DNA of 64,000 bases. Source: Eledone cirrhosa. Lineage: Eukaryota. The position numbers were made by a program, and so were the translations under genes. Where the stretch lies: contig OZ024745.1 in assembly GCA_964016885.1 (NCBI GenBank), positions 37,076,001 through 37,140,000 of the forward strand. Reading direction: 5' to 3'. A model generated the notes under the pieces. It ran no database searches. It was not told the origin of the DNA and saw only the letters and a program-made list of their open reading frames with translations. Positions 1 through 12,354 of this stretch are shown piece by piece. Every line of letters begins with the position of its first letter. The stretch's first letter is position 1.

Positions 1-914
1 CTGGAACAGTGAATAGATCTCAAGGGAATCACCTGTTGCTTTGTTAAGACGAGCAAGCCGCTAAAGAAAACAACATCGTTGCCAGCGGCCCTTCGAATTT
101 CACAGGCATGAAACAGTATTTAGCGAGTGGTAATTATTTTATCGAGATAAGAATGTTTAATTCTTTAAATGATAAACTCACCGAAACCGCACCCTGATTC
201 TATGACACAAAACCCATAACTTGAAATTGTTAATATTTATCGAAAGATAAATTTTATTTTCTGTAAAAAAGCCTTTGTCAAGTTGTGCTTTTTAACATTA
301 TTATATTACTATACCCCTCTAAATTATTGATTATTTTCAAAATTATTTAGAAAATTATAGGTAGTGTTTTTCGTTAGAAATATAGCAACGTAAAGTTTAA
401 AAACTCACAAAGGGACATAACTAAAGATCTCTGGTAACTACTGTATCTGTCAAATCACCGCTCTTTCTACAATAATATAAACAACAATCGATGCAGGATT
501 TAAACTTGGTGAGACCCTAATCTGTATAAAGCTTGGAGGACCCCGTGTCTGTTGTTTATATCAGAAAGTTACGCAAATATTGAAAATGTATATACTTTTT
601 AATTATTGTAAGGTCTGGCGGTTTATAAAGCCTTAAGCTGTAGCTTGTTTAATTTATGCCTAAATCCGACACAGACAACAATATTAATATTGTGAATATC
701 GAAAGACTCATCCAGTTGTAAAGGAAACGAAGTAGAAGTAAACAAAAAAGCTGACTGTTTCAAGTGAGGAGTTGTGAAGCTACTTATGTTTATGATTGTA
801 ACCGACTCCCGCTTATAACAATTTCCCTTTGTTCACACGGAAACAGAAACAGGAGTAGGCGACGAAGGAAACGTATCATAACACTATGATTCATTATCAC
901 AACATCTCGGAATC

Positions 915-1009
<95 letters not shown>

Positions 1010-1121
1010 TAACTCATGTCTATAGAATCGATCAGATATTAAATATATATATATACGTTATTCCGGGTTGAATCGGAGGTAACCACAGTAAGTAAGGTAC
1101 TCAATACATTGCAGAGTATAA

Positions 1122-1250
1122 AGGTTTTAATATAGATGAGATTCTACAGGACTAGAACTGTTTCATTCTTTAGAAATCATCAGGATTCCTGATGATTTCT
1201 AAAGAATGAAACAGTTCTAGTCCTGTAGAATCTCATCTATATTAAAACCT
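1122..1250. repeat. Perfect palindrome (64-bp arms) formed by two inverted copies of a PLE-type terminal repeat
   Basis: 1122-1185 is the reverse complement of 1187-1250. The same sequence recurs at ~14582-14648, 3406-3442, 53318-53352 and 60294-60381. Confidence 0.9.
1184..1232 (+). ncRNA. Minimal type I hammerhead ribozyme motif
   Basis: gattc-CTGATGA-tttctaaagaat-GAAA-cag ttctagtc ctg-TA-gaatc. Stem I gattc/gaatc, canonical core, stem III cag/ctg, GUA cleavage triplet. Confidence 0.8.
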
Positions 1251-1379
1251 ATATATATATATATATATATATAAGTTGTAATAGAATGAAAACGAAATTT
1301 CATTTCTCACTCTTAGTACGGCACTTACTTATGCTACTGTACGTCTGTATACATATATGTATGTACGTATACATACATA

Positions 1380-1470
<91 letters not shown>

Positions 1471-1648
1471 TATAAGCAAACTGAACTTAAAACGATAAGT
1501 TCTTGTTTTTTTTAGATATGTCAATACTTATAAAACAACTTTTGTATTTTATCTGATGAGTGCGTACCAAAATGTTGGTACCCTTGAAATATATATATAA
1601 CATAATAAATATAGTTTTATAAAGATAATTTCCATTTATTAATATCAT

Positions 1649-1697
<49 letters not shown>

Positions 1698-1911
1698 GAC
1701 AGAGATGTGTATCCTGTTGAAATCAAAATAAACAAACAATGAAACAATCGGTCGGTTCAATTCTCATCAGAACCAACAAAAAGCCCCCCTCCCCATAGAG
1801 CTTCTTTCAAATCGAGTCCATTATATATGCGAATATATATGTATATATAATACATTAAGATATATTTAGGTGATAGAATTTACCTCTTCATTATACCCAC
1901 TCTGCATCTCA

Positions 1912-2112
<201 letters not shown>

Positions 2113-2401
2113 AACATTTTCATTACTTTGAACGAAACAAAAGAGTATTTTCACGCAATTTAGGCTGCTTAATAAATATTTCCATTTTTTTCAATCAACA
2201 CACATTATAATACTTAATGAATACTTCATACAGAATGAAAATATTATATATGTGTGTGTGTATGTGTGTGTGTGTGTGTGTGTGAGTGTATGTGTATTTG
2301 TGACAACAGACATGGGTATCAGAAAAAGATTCGCCTACCAGTTTCATTTAATCGTATAACCCCAGTCAATGCACACGCACACACACACACACACAGAGAT
2401 A

Positions 2402-2473
<72 letters not shown>

Positions 2474-2500
2474 ATCACACACAAGTTATGGGTAACTTAC

Positions 2501-2671
2501 CTGAGATAGTATTTTCATAACTTCCTGATTGCTTGCTTTTTTGGGACCAAATATTTGGACATTAAAAGCACCTATTTTGAATAAGTTCGGATCTTTGTAG
2601 CAACGAACAGACTCCATAATCATTACAATAATACCGATGAACAGAATCAGGAAGGCATTCGTAGTAATCAT
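2501..2671 (-). CDS. First coding exon of a secreted deoxyribonuclease I-family gene. The remaining exons probably lie beyond position 1.
   Basis: MITTNAFLILFIGIIVMIMESVRC (signal-peptide-like) is followed by FKIGAFNVQIFGPKKASNQEVMKILSQ, which matches the DNase I N-terminus (LKIAAFNIQTFGETKMSN...VQ). Acceptor ttttag lies one base before the ATG and there is a phase-0 donor cag|gtaagt at 2501/2500. Confidence 0.85.
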
Positions 2672-3132
2672 TCTAAAACATTAACTCATTCAAGGAAACA
2701 GGCAACAGCTTCCGCGAATGCTAAATGTTGATACTGGTGTTGTTGATATACTGATAGGTGAAGTAACAGGCTTTTACAGCTATGTGTACTGACGTGTGCA
2801 TTTGCCTGGTAAACTGATAGCTTTTAATTATAACCCCAGTACTTGCTCGCCCTCCTTCCATCTATTCATCTATGTATCTATCGCCACAACCTCATACACC
2901 CACGGTCGCACTGTTTCTGAGAATTATTAAACACAAACACGGACACAGACAGTTCACATGTATAATTACTGCACATAAGGATACACATCGATGGTATATA
3001 CACTCATACACATACACACATATATATCATATGTATATAGATGATAGATGTATAATATATATATATATATATATACATACACACACACATATATTTATTT
3101 GTTTTGTAAAGAGCTGACTTTTACTGGATAAG

Positions 3133-3179
<47 letters not shown>

Positions 3180-3238
3180 ATAATAATAAATATGTAGACG
3201 AAAATCCGAAGAGGGTTCGATAAGGATAATATATATAT

Positions 3239-3282
<44 letters not shown>

Positions 3283-3285
3283 ATA

Positions 3286-3399
<114 letters not shown>

Positions 3400-3667
3400 A
3401 TTTTTAATATAGAAATGGCTTTTACAGGACTAGAACTGTTTCGTTCGCGGGCGTATGAATGTAATTATAAATATGATGAAATGATATATTTAGATCACTT
3501 GACTGACTGACATGTTCAAATGGCAGTTGGTGTGTGTGTGTGTGTGTGTGCTGCATTGTATGTGTAATGTATATGCTTCGGCCCACACATGTCTGTGTGT
3601 ATGCTCACGCATGCATAACATTCAAAACACCTACATATACATATACATACATACATATATATATATA

Positions 3668-3735
<68 letters not shown>

Positions 3736-3739
<4 letters not shown>

Positions 3740-3850
3740 AACCAGTAAGACCCCGACAGCTGAGCTCAAGCCGTTTCGACGGCTAATTCTCCGTCGAAAT
3801 TAGCCGTCGAAACGGCTTGAGCTCAGCTGTCGGGGTCTTACTGGTTCCTA
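3736..3850. repeat. Palindrome (53-bp arms, 9-nt spacer) of a PLE-type terminal repeat
   Basis: taggaaccag...ggctaatt / aattagcc...ctggttccta. The right arm plus tail (to ~3928) is identical to 25164-25295. Confidence 0.9.
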
Positions 3851-3927
3851 TTACCCACTCTACTACCTCAAGTATTGAGTACTTTGGTGCGTTATGGTCC
3901 ACCTGGTTCCTTACCACATTTCCTTCG

Positions 3928-3991
<64 letters not shown>

Positions 3992-4125
3992 ATATGTATA
4001 TATGTATATATATATATATTTTAATGCGATGAAATACCCATGATCGTTTGGTAGATCACTGATGAGGGACTCATTTTATAACATGTTATCCATGTGCAAC
4101 CAGCAGTATTCTTCTCACCCATATT

Positions 4126-4170
<45 letters not shown>

Positions 4171-4346
4171 ATGACTAACTTATACGCGAGAGACATAGGA
4201 AGGGGTAAAGTGTGAGAGGGGCAACGAATTTATTAATATACTTACCTAACTTCTATCCTTCCATCTCCATTCCTCATTCTCTCCCTCTTACAACTTTACA
4301 TCCTGCTCTAGATGTCTCTTGCATAATTATTACTGCATTTTCATAC

Positions 4347-4377
<31 letters not shown>

Positions 4378-4406
4378 AAATGATTTAAACTGAACTTTGA
4401 TTATTG

Positions 4407-4511
<105 letters not shown>

Positions 4512-4796
4512 AAAAAAATGAAAAAAATGACTTCACTTGTGGTTTTAAAAAATGTTTGATTTAATTTTGTAATATAATTGTTTCTACTTTTGGCACAAGA
4601 CCAGCAAATACCCAGTGCATTACATATTTTATCGACCCCGTAAGGATGAAAGGCCAAAATATTATAATATTATTCGTTGTTAGATCACAAAAAGACTAGA
4701 TCTACCAACTCATAATATTATATTATAAAATGAAATCAAATATTTTTTAACACTATAAGTGAAGTCATTCTTTTCCTTTTTTTCAAATATATATAT

Positions 4797-4827
<31 letters not shown>

Positions 4828-4878
4828 GGTAAGTTATATAGGTAAGTTATATATATGGTCACCAGTATATATATGTAT

Positions 4879-5473
4879 GGTCACCAGTTGGTGCTACTGG
4901 TAACATGTATCCCAGTACAACCTGTCTCATGGTTGGGTCGTTGGTGACTAAACTGGCAACCCCACCAAGGTTTCTTGGTGAGGAGGGTGACTTTGGACAT
5001 CCTGCAGGACTAAAAACAAAACCTGTCAAAGGGCAAAGGAGTTCTTAAGAGTCAATGGCCATCCAAAATCACCGGGAGAGATGACCCCTTAGCCTTTGTC
5101 AAGGCAGAATTCTAGGAGAAGGAAAACTCTGATATAACACCTGCAACCCTGATGGTATCCAATGATGTTGACTTGTTCTTCTTTTTGGTAAATATCATCT
5201 TGGGACTTGGCTTTGTGCAATGCCTTTGCTCACTATAAAAGCTTCACGGTACAAGCATTGCTTTATATCTGGAGATCTCTCTGCACTTGTCGTCACATGG
5301 TACCATGGGCCCAGCACTATGTGTCAATAATTGTAACAAGTGTAGTGTTTGTACCAGAGTTTTCGAGTCGCTGGCTGGACTGAAAAGTCACACTCGTTCA
5401 GCGCATCGGTAGGGGTTCTCCTACATGGATATAAAGTAGTGGCTGTACTCGAAAACGAGTAGCCAGCCACCAT
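4879..5473 (+). mobile_element. ~590-bp non-autonomous retroposon with an RTE-LINE-like 3' tail (zinc-finger remnant)
   Basis: Highly similar copies at 32148-32734(-), 45109-45513(-) and 52191-52788(-), a diverged head at 36890-37070(-), and tails at 5750-5855 and 6748-6850. Encodes [17 protein letters not shown] and ends in microsatellite. Confidence 0.75.
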
Positions 5474-5506
5474 ATATATATATGTGTGTATATATATGTG
5501 TATATG

Positions 5507-5574
<68 letters not shown>

Positions 5575-5899
5575 TATATATATATATATATGCGTATATA
5601 TATATACATATATATATGTATATGTCTATATATATGTATGTATGTATATGTGTATATGTGTGTATGTATGTATGCATATGTGTATGTATGTGCATGTGTG
5701 TATGTATGTATATATATATATGTATCTATGTATATGTATGTATATATATGTCGCTGGCTGGACTAAAAAGTCGCACTCGTTCAGCGTATCGGTAGGGGTT
5801 CTCCTACAGGGATATAAAGTAGTGGCCGTATTCGAAAACGAGTTGGCAGCCACCATATATGTATATATATGTGTGTGTGTTTGTATATATGTATGTGTT

Positions 5900-5942
<43 letters not shown>

Positions 5943-6134
5943 GGGTATATATATGTATATGTATATGAATATGTATGTATATGTATATATATATATATAT
6001 GTTTGTATTAGGGTAAATATTGATGCAATTCAATTCAAGCACTCAACGTACTTTTTCCACATAGGAGTGACGGAGTAAATATCGAATAAGGAAAAGCGAA
6101 GTTGTTTCAGATGTTCAAGTCCTTTAATAATAAT

Positions 6135-6320
6135 TGTTTCTACTTTAGGCACAAGGCCAGCAATCACCCAGTGCATTACTGGTACTTTATTTTATCGACC
6201 CCGTAAGGATGAAAGGCAAAGTCAACCTCGGCGGGATTTGAACTCAAATCGTAAAGGGACGTAACTATGCTAGAAAGCATGGCGTCCGACCCTCTACCGA
6301 TACTGCCAATCCACCGCCCA
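6135..6320 (-). mobile_element. tRNA-derived SINE, central domain resembling Meta/MESC-type SINEs
   Basis: A box (tggcagtatcggtag), B box (gagttcaaatccc) and core ttgcctttcatccttacggggtcgataaaataaagtaccag. Related copies near 35433, 35640, 43190, 44583, 46091, 46293, 49640, 55710 and 59815. Confidence 0.75.
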
Positions 6321-6878
6321 TTAATAATAATGCTGTGATATATATTTCAGTGACGACACTGGCCACACTGTTCTGTGTGCGAGTGTCGTGTCATTATCAG
6401 ACAGGTTGTTACATAATAAGGTTATGTTTCCGAGGCAATCCAAATTGGATCGACATGGGAACGGATGAATTGCGTGTTTTGGGGTTTTTCATCCGCTCCC
6501 TTGTGAGTACCAATTCTCCCCCACCGGCCTGCGCAAGGAAGTTCACCATTAGCCACCGCAGATTTCAACGAAATTCGCTTAGTCAGTTCACCCTCTCAGC
6601 CAAAACAATGGCCCACCAATGCCTGTACCATATTTTACTGCTACCCATCACGGCTGTGGCAGTCAGCCGAGTGCCAGAGGGGATGGGAGAGTGTTAGTTT
6701 TTACAGGTCATAATACTACCCCTTTTTACAGGTCATAATACTACAAGTCACTGGCTGGACTAAAATGTCACACTTGTTCAGCGCATCGGTAGGGGTTCTC
6801 CTACATGTTATAAAGTAGTGGCCGTACTCGAAAACGAGTTGGCAGCCACCATATATATATGTATATATATATGTATAT

Positions 6879-7509
<631 letters not shown>

Positions 7510-7789
7510 TGTGGTTAGAAAAAGCTATCTCACTTACCGCTTTTCACAGGCGCCGCTAAATTCTACTGCAGGTACTCCTCTTCCACGTGCGTCCGACTGA
7601 TTAACACCGGGAGTTGCCCAAAACGCGTCCTCACCGTATGCTGGTCACCACTAGAGAGAGGCGCTCTCCTGGCCCTTCCGGTCGAGCATCCTTCCGGTCA
7701 AAGACCCCTTCCGGTCGAGCACTCAAAAACCCCTTCCGGTCGAGCACTCCCCCCCGCCCCCGGCCACCGCACGCCACACCATACCCACA
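7510..7789 (-). repeat. 3' LTR (280 bp)
   Basis: Direct repeat of 11460-11718 with about 5 substitutions and one extra cccttccggtcgagcac-type subrepeat. Confidence 0.95.
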
Positions 7790-7802
7790 CGCCCCCCTGA
7801 TC

Positions 7803-10679
7803 TCAAGGATCAATTTCCCCCTCGTCCCTCTGCATATGAAAGTCTGCCGTCCAGGTCGGTGGTCTACGACTTCGTTGCGATCTTCGTAGTATTGGGGCAG
7901 GGCTCTGGGTTTCCACCTCATCTTGGGTTTCCTCTTCCTCGGAGTCCGTCGATACAGTGATTCTTCTTACATCCAGGACATGACGTGGTACCCCGTCCAC
8001 GGATACATTGTTCTTTGAATTTACGGCCGTCACCGTTCCCCTTCCCCATTGAGATGTGTACCGTGCATCTGGGGGCTTAACCCAGACTTCTTCGCCCACC
8101 TGCACGAATGCACTCTCTCTCCCCACTGGCCGTTGTGGTGGCGTGCACGGGTGCCGCCACTCGTATTTGAATACTGCTCTGTGTGGCACCGATTCCTCGA
8201 CCTGTCCAACCCGAGGGGACATATTGTACCAGAACACTGCCTCCATTGGTGAGATATGGCCCCGCTCCGCCATTGCCTTGATCGTCCGGTGGTGTCGCTC
8301 CACGATTCCATTCCCGCTCGGCCTGTGCGCCGCTCTGAAGAAACGGTCCACCTTCCATCCATCGAGCATCCCCCTCAGTGCCTCCGAGCGGAACGCTGCG
8401 CTGTTGTCCATCAGCAGTTCATCCACAGGGCCCCGCTCCAAGAACACCTCTCTCAACGTCCGCACGATTTCCTCGGCCGTTCCAGTCTTCATCTCCCTCC
8501 ATATCGCCATTCGACCTGGTCCACAGTCGACCATCGAGAGGTACGTTCCCTGTCGGTAGTGCGTCACATCCACCGCTAATCGCTTCCAGTCGCGATCCAC
8601 CGGGAGGCTTCCCGTTTCGTGTACACCCGGGGCGGGATCAATGGACTGACATCGGACGCAGCCTCTAACCACCCCCCGAACACTGTGTCTGCTAACGTCC
8701 GAGTCGATTCTCCTGGCTAGGAACAGGCTCCTATCCACCCCCATGTGGTGCATGTCATGCAACCCCTTCAGGTCTAACTCGGTCAGCCGACACACGGCAG
8801 CTATCTCATCCTCTACCTCCTCCGGCGCTTCCATCCAGGCTTTCTTCACTCTAGTTAAGATGTCCGCCCTATTTTTCTCTGAAGGCACGAACACTACGCT
8901 CAGCTTCAGGTCGAACTCGGTGGCCAGCTCTCCTAACGTTCCCAGGCGGCGCTTTATCAGCATCTCCGCCGTGCCTCTCGTTCGCACTCTCTTCTCACTG
9001 GTGAGCACTGATCTTACCCATCCGAGTACGGTAGCCGAGTCGGTGCGTATCTCGATGGTGCGCAGCCCCCACCGCAGGGCGAAGTTCACCCCTCTCAACA
9101 CCGCGTCCAGCTCGGCCACATTGATATGGCTGCAGTCGTCCTTCTTTCTAAGCCAGGCTGCATCCTCGACCTCAACACCTCCTATCTCCAACGTGACACC
9201 CAGCGCTATGCTGCTGGCATCGCACCATACGGTCCCGCTCCGTGATTTGGGAACGTACCAGCGTCCCCGCACTGGGTCATCGGCCTTCACCCTCCCCACG
9301 ATCTCCTGCATCATGGCCACCGTTCTCTCTCCCACTCTGTCACTCCAAGTCACCCCTCCCGCTCGTCTCTTGACATAGCTGCATGCCGTCCGGAGCTACC
9401 CAGCGATCGGGTAGTGACCCACCAGCTTTCCACACACCGAGAAAAGCTCCTGCCTATTCATACTTGGGCCCAGTTCCGGAACTTCGTTTCCCCTCTGGAA
9501 CACCAAAACACCCGTCTTATCTCGCCGTAGCCTAAGTCCCAGCGCGGCTCCTCCCTCCAATGCTTCTGATGGCTTCGCAGTCAGTCCATACCTCCGCAAA
9601 TGGCTCGTGACCTCCGCCGTCGACACCACCGACTCGTCCACTAGGATGTCGTCAATGTAGGAGTTAGTAGCCCTCTTTATCTTGTCGGCCCTCCCCAGAG
9701 CGTTCTTGAGGACCGCCGCCATCATCTTCGGTGCGGAGCTCAGCCCGAAACCGAGCCTAGTCAGGCAATATGTCCGGCCCTTATACCTGACCAGCTGATA
9801 CCGCCAGAGCTTCTCATCTATATGCAACTGCAAGTAAGCCGACTTTAGATCCACGATCGCTGAACCCCCCGTCATGCGTCTCCACTCACGCAGGGTTTCC
9901 CCACAGACATCCGTGACCTCGCCACCCGTGTGGCATGACACGTGCTCGTTCAGCTCTCGATTGTCCAGCACCGGCCTCACCTTGCTCTTCGTGGGTTGCA
10001 CCACCGCCATCAACGGCAATACTCCGCACTTCACCTCCTCCTTCCAGGGAAGCAGTATGCCCTCTTCGATCCATCTCTCTACTTCTCGCTCGAACTCGCC
10101 CCTAGTGTTTCCCTTCAATGTGTGTTGATAGCAGCCCACTTTGGTCTTCAGTGTTGGTGGTTCTCCCTTCCAGTACCACTCAACAACCCATCGCTGCCCA
10201 TCAAACACGGCCTTGAAGTCCTTGTCCTGTACAGTGTAAGCGGGGTATTGCTCCTCGTGGGCCTTCTGGTTCTCATGACGTGCACTCACAGCGCATACCG
10301 ATGCAGCGGCGCCAAACAACACACCGACATTGTTCACCGTGACGCCCCCTAGACGGCCAATCGCGTCCATGCCCATAACCACGCCGATCCCATCCACCAC
10401 ACTGTCTACCACGATGGCGGAAAGCCTTATCGTCCTTCCCCGTACCGCTATTTCCATCTCGCTGCGACCTCGGCATTCAATTTTCCTGCCGTCAACTGCC
10501 CTTACGCTGCTCTTCCCTCCCCACCTCTGCGCCACCCCCGCGGTCACCAGTGTCGTCGTACAGCCCGTATCCACGAGGGCTCGCTGTGGCTTCCCCCTCA
10601 CGAAGACTTCCACCACAGGCAACGCCGCTACTCGTAAGGGGCAACTACCGGCGCAGTAGTTCCCCTTGGACCGTTTCCC
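7803..10679 (-). CDS. pol: Pol polyprotein (aspartic protease, RT, RNase H, integrase) interrupted by one in-frame TAG at 9396-9398
   Basis: ALVDTG (protease), DLKSAYLQ/LGFGLSSAP/YIDD (RT), CDAS...AEL...TDS (RNase H), H-H-C-C plus VD/MDN/VER (integrase). ORFs 9396-10622 and 7803-9353 are in the same frame across the TAG. Confidence 0.92.
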
Positions 10680-11389
10680 TGGTCGCAGTTAGTAGCGATG
10701 TGGCCTGGTCGCTTACACCGGTAGCAAATTATATCCGGCTTCGACTCTCTACAGTCTCTAGCCATATGCGGGCCGTGACACCTAAAACAGCGGCCCTTAA
10801 ATTCTCGCGAACGGCCGCGTGCCGAGGTTGCCTCCCTTTGACCATTTCGCTGCCAGGTGTCCTGAGCCTCCGTAGTCGCTATCGCCGCGACACTCTTTTT
10901 GGCATCTTCCGCTATAATCCGGGCTTGTTCCACCAGTGAACGCATTTCCATCTCCTTGTACCCCGGGACTTGCTGCAGTTTCACCGCTATGTCGTCCGGA
11001 AATCCATTGATGAATGCCAACCGCACCGTGCGTTCGCATTCCGCCTGGTAACCCGCCAACATAGCCAACCGCCTTATTTCCGCTGCGAAAATGTCGACGC
11101 GCTCACCATTCCACCTGATTCTCGCCAGCTTAGCAAAAGCCGCCAACGGTCCCTCGGCGAATGCATCCATCAGACGCCTCTCAATCTTCTGCACATCTCT
11201 TTGGCTGTGCTCGTCCAACTCAAGGAAGAGTACCGACGCGTCGCCCTCGAGGTACAATGCAATGAGACCGGCCACGTCTTCTATCTTCTGCAAGCCCGCG
11301 ACCAACCGAACCTTCCGCAGCCAAGCGACAACATCACCTTCCCCGGTGAATGGCCTGATAGCTTCGTTCATCCGTAGTCTTGTCGCCAT
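10628..11389 (-). CDS. gag: Gag with two CCHC zinc knuckles
   Basis: 253-aa ORF with CFRCHGPHMARDC and CYRCKRPGHIATNC, directly upstream of pol. Confidence 0.92.
   Translation of the reverse strand: MATRLRMNEAIRPFTGEGDVVAWLRKVRLVAGLQKIEDVAGLIALYLEGDASVLFLELDEHSQRDVQKIERRLMDAFAEGPLAAFAKLARIRWNGERVDIFAAEIRRLAMLAGYQAECERTVRLAFINGFPDDIAVKLQQVPGYKEMEMRSLVEQARIIAEDAKKSVAAIATTEAQDTWQRNGQREATSARGRSREFKGRCFRCHGPHMARDCRESKPDIICYRCKRPGHIATNCDQGNGPRGTTAPVVAPYE
10636..10679 (-). promoter_or_regulatory. -1 programmed ribosomal frameshift signal
   Basis: Slippery heptamer G GGA AAC in the gag frame (10679-10673), 5-nt spacer, hairpin aagggg-aactactg-cgc-cggtagtt-g-cccctt. Pol is in the -1 frame and open from the heptamer onward. 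Confidence 0.85.
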
Positions 11390-11459
11390 CTTCTGATTTG
11401 TTTTGCGGCAAGTGTTTTCTTTTTTTTTTTTTTTTTTTTTTTTAGTCGCCGAAATAGCT

Positions 11460-11718
11460 TGTGGTTAGAAAAAGCTATCTCACTTACCGCTTTTCACAGG
11501 CGCCGCTAAATTCCACTGCAGGTACTCCTCTTCCACGTGCGTCCGACTGCTTAACACCGGGAGCTGCCCAAAACGCGTCCTCACCGTATGCTGGTCACCA
11601 CTAGAGAGAGGCCCTCTCCTGGCCCTTCCGGTCGAACATCCTTCCGGTCAAAGACCCCTTCCGGTCGAGCACTCCCCCCCCCCCTCCCCCGGCCACCGCA
11701 CGCCACACCATACCCACA
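11460..11718 (-). repeat. 5' LTR (259 bp)
   Basis: TG...CA termini, direct repeat of 7510-7789. Confidence 0.95.
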
Positions 11719-12266
<548 letters not shown>

Positions 12267-12354
12267 TGATAAATAAATAAATAAAGGAAGGGAGATAGAT
12301 GGAAATGAGAGAGAAATAAAAATAGAAGGAAGGAAGATATAGTTAGATTTTTAA

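Larger units (their letters stand above)
7510..11718 (-). mobile_element. Gypsy/Ty3-type LTR retrotransposon, near full length (4.2 kb)
   Basis: Two TG...CA LTRs, gag then pol in PR-RT-RH-IN order, purine-rich tract ggggggcg abutting the 3' LTR, GC content well above the flanks. Confidence 0.95.

Noticed and set aside
4879-4965. Possible HDV-like ribozyme at the head of the 590-bp family (ccagt/actgg, gtcg..cgac hairpin, ctaa)
   Set aside because: P2, P4 and J4/2-like parts are present, but I could not build a consistent P1, P3 and L3.
6334-6745. Possible solo LTR (TG...CA) or 120-aa ORF
   Set aside because: No TSD, no second copy in the window, and no recognisable protein motif.
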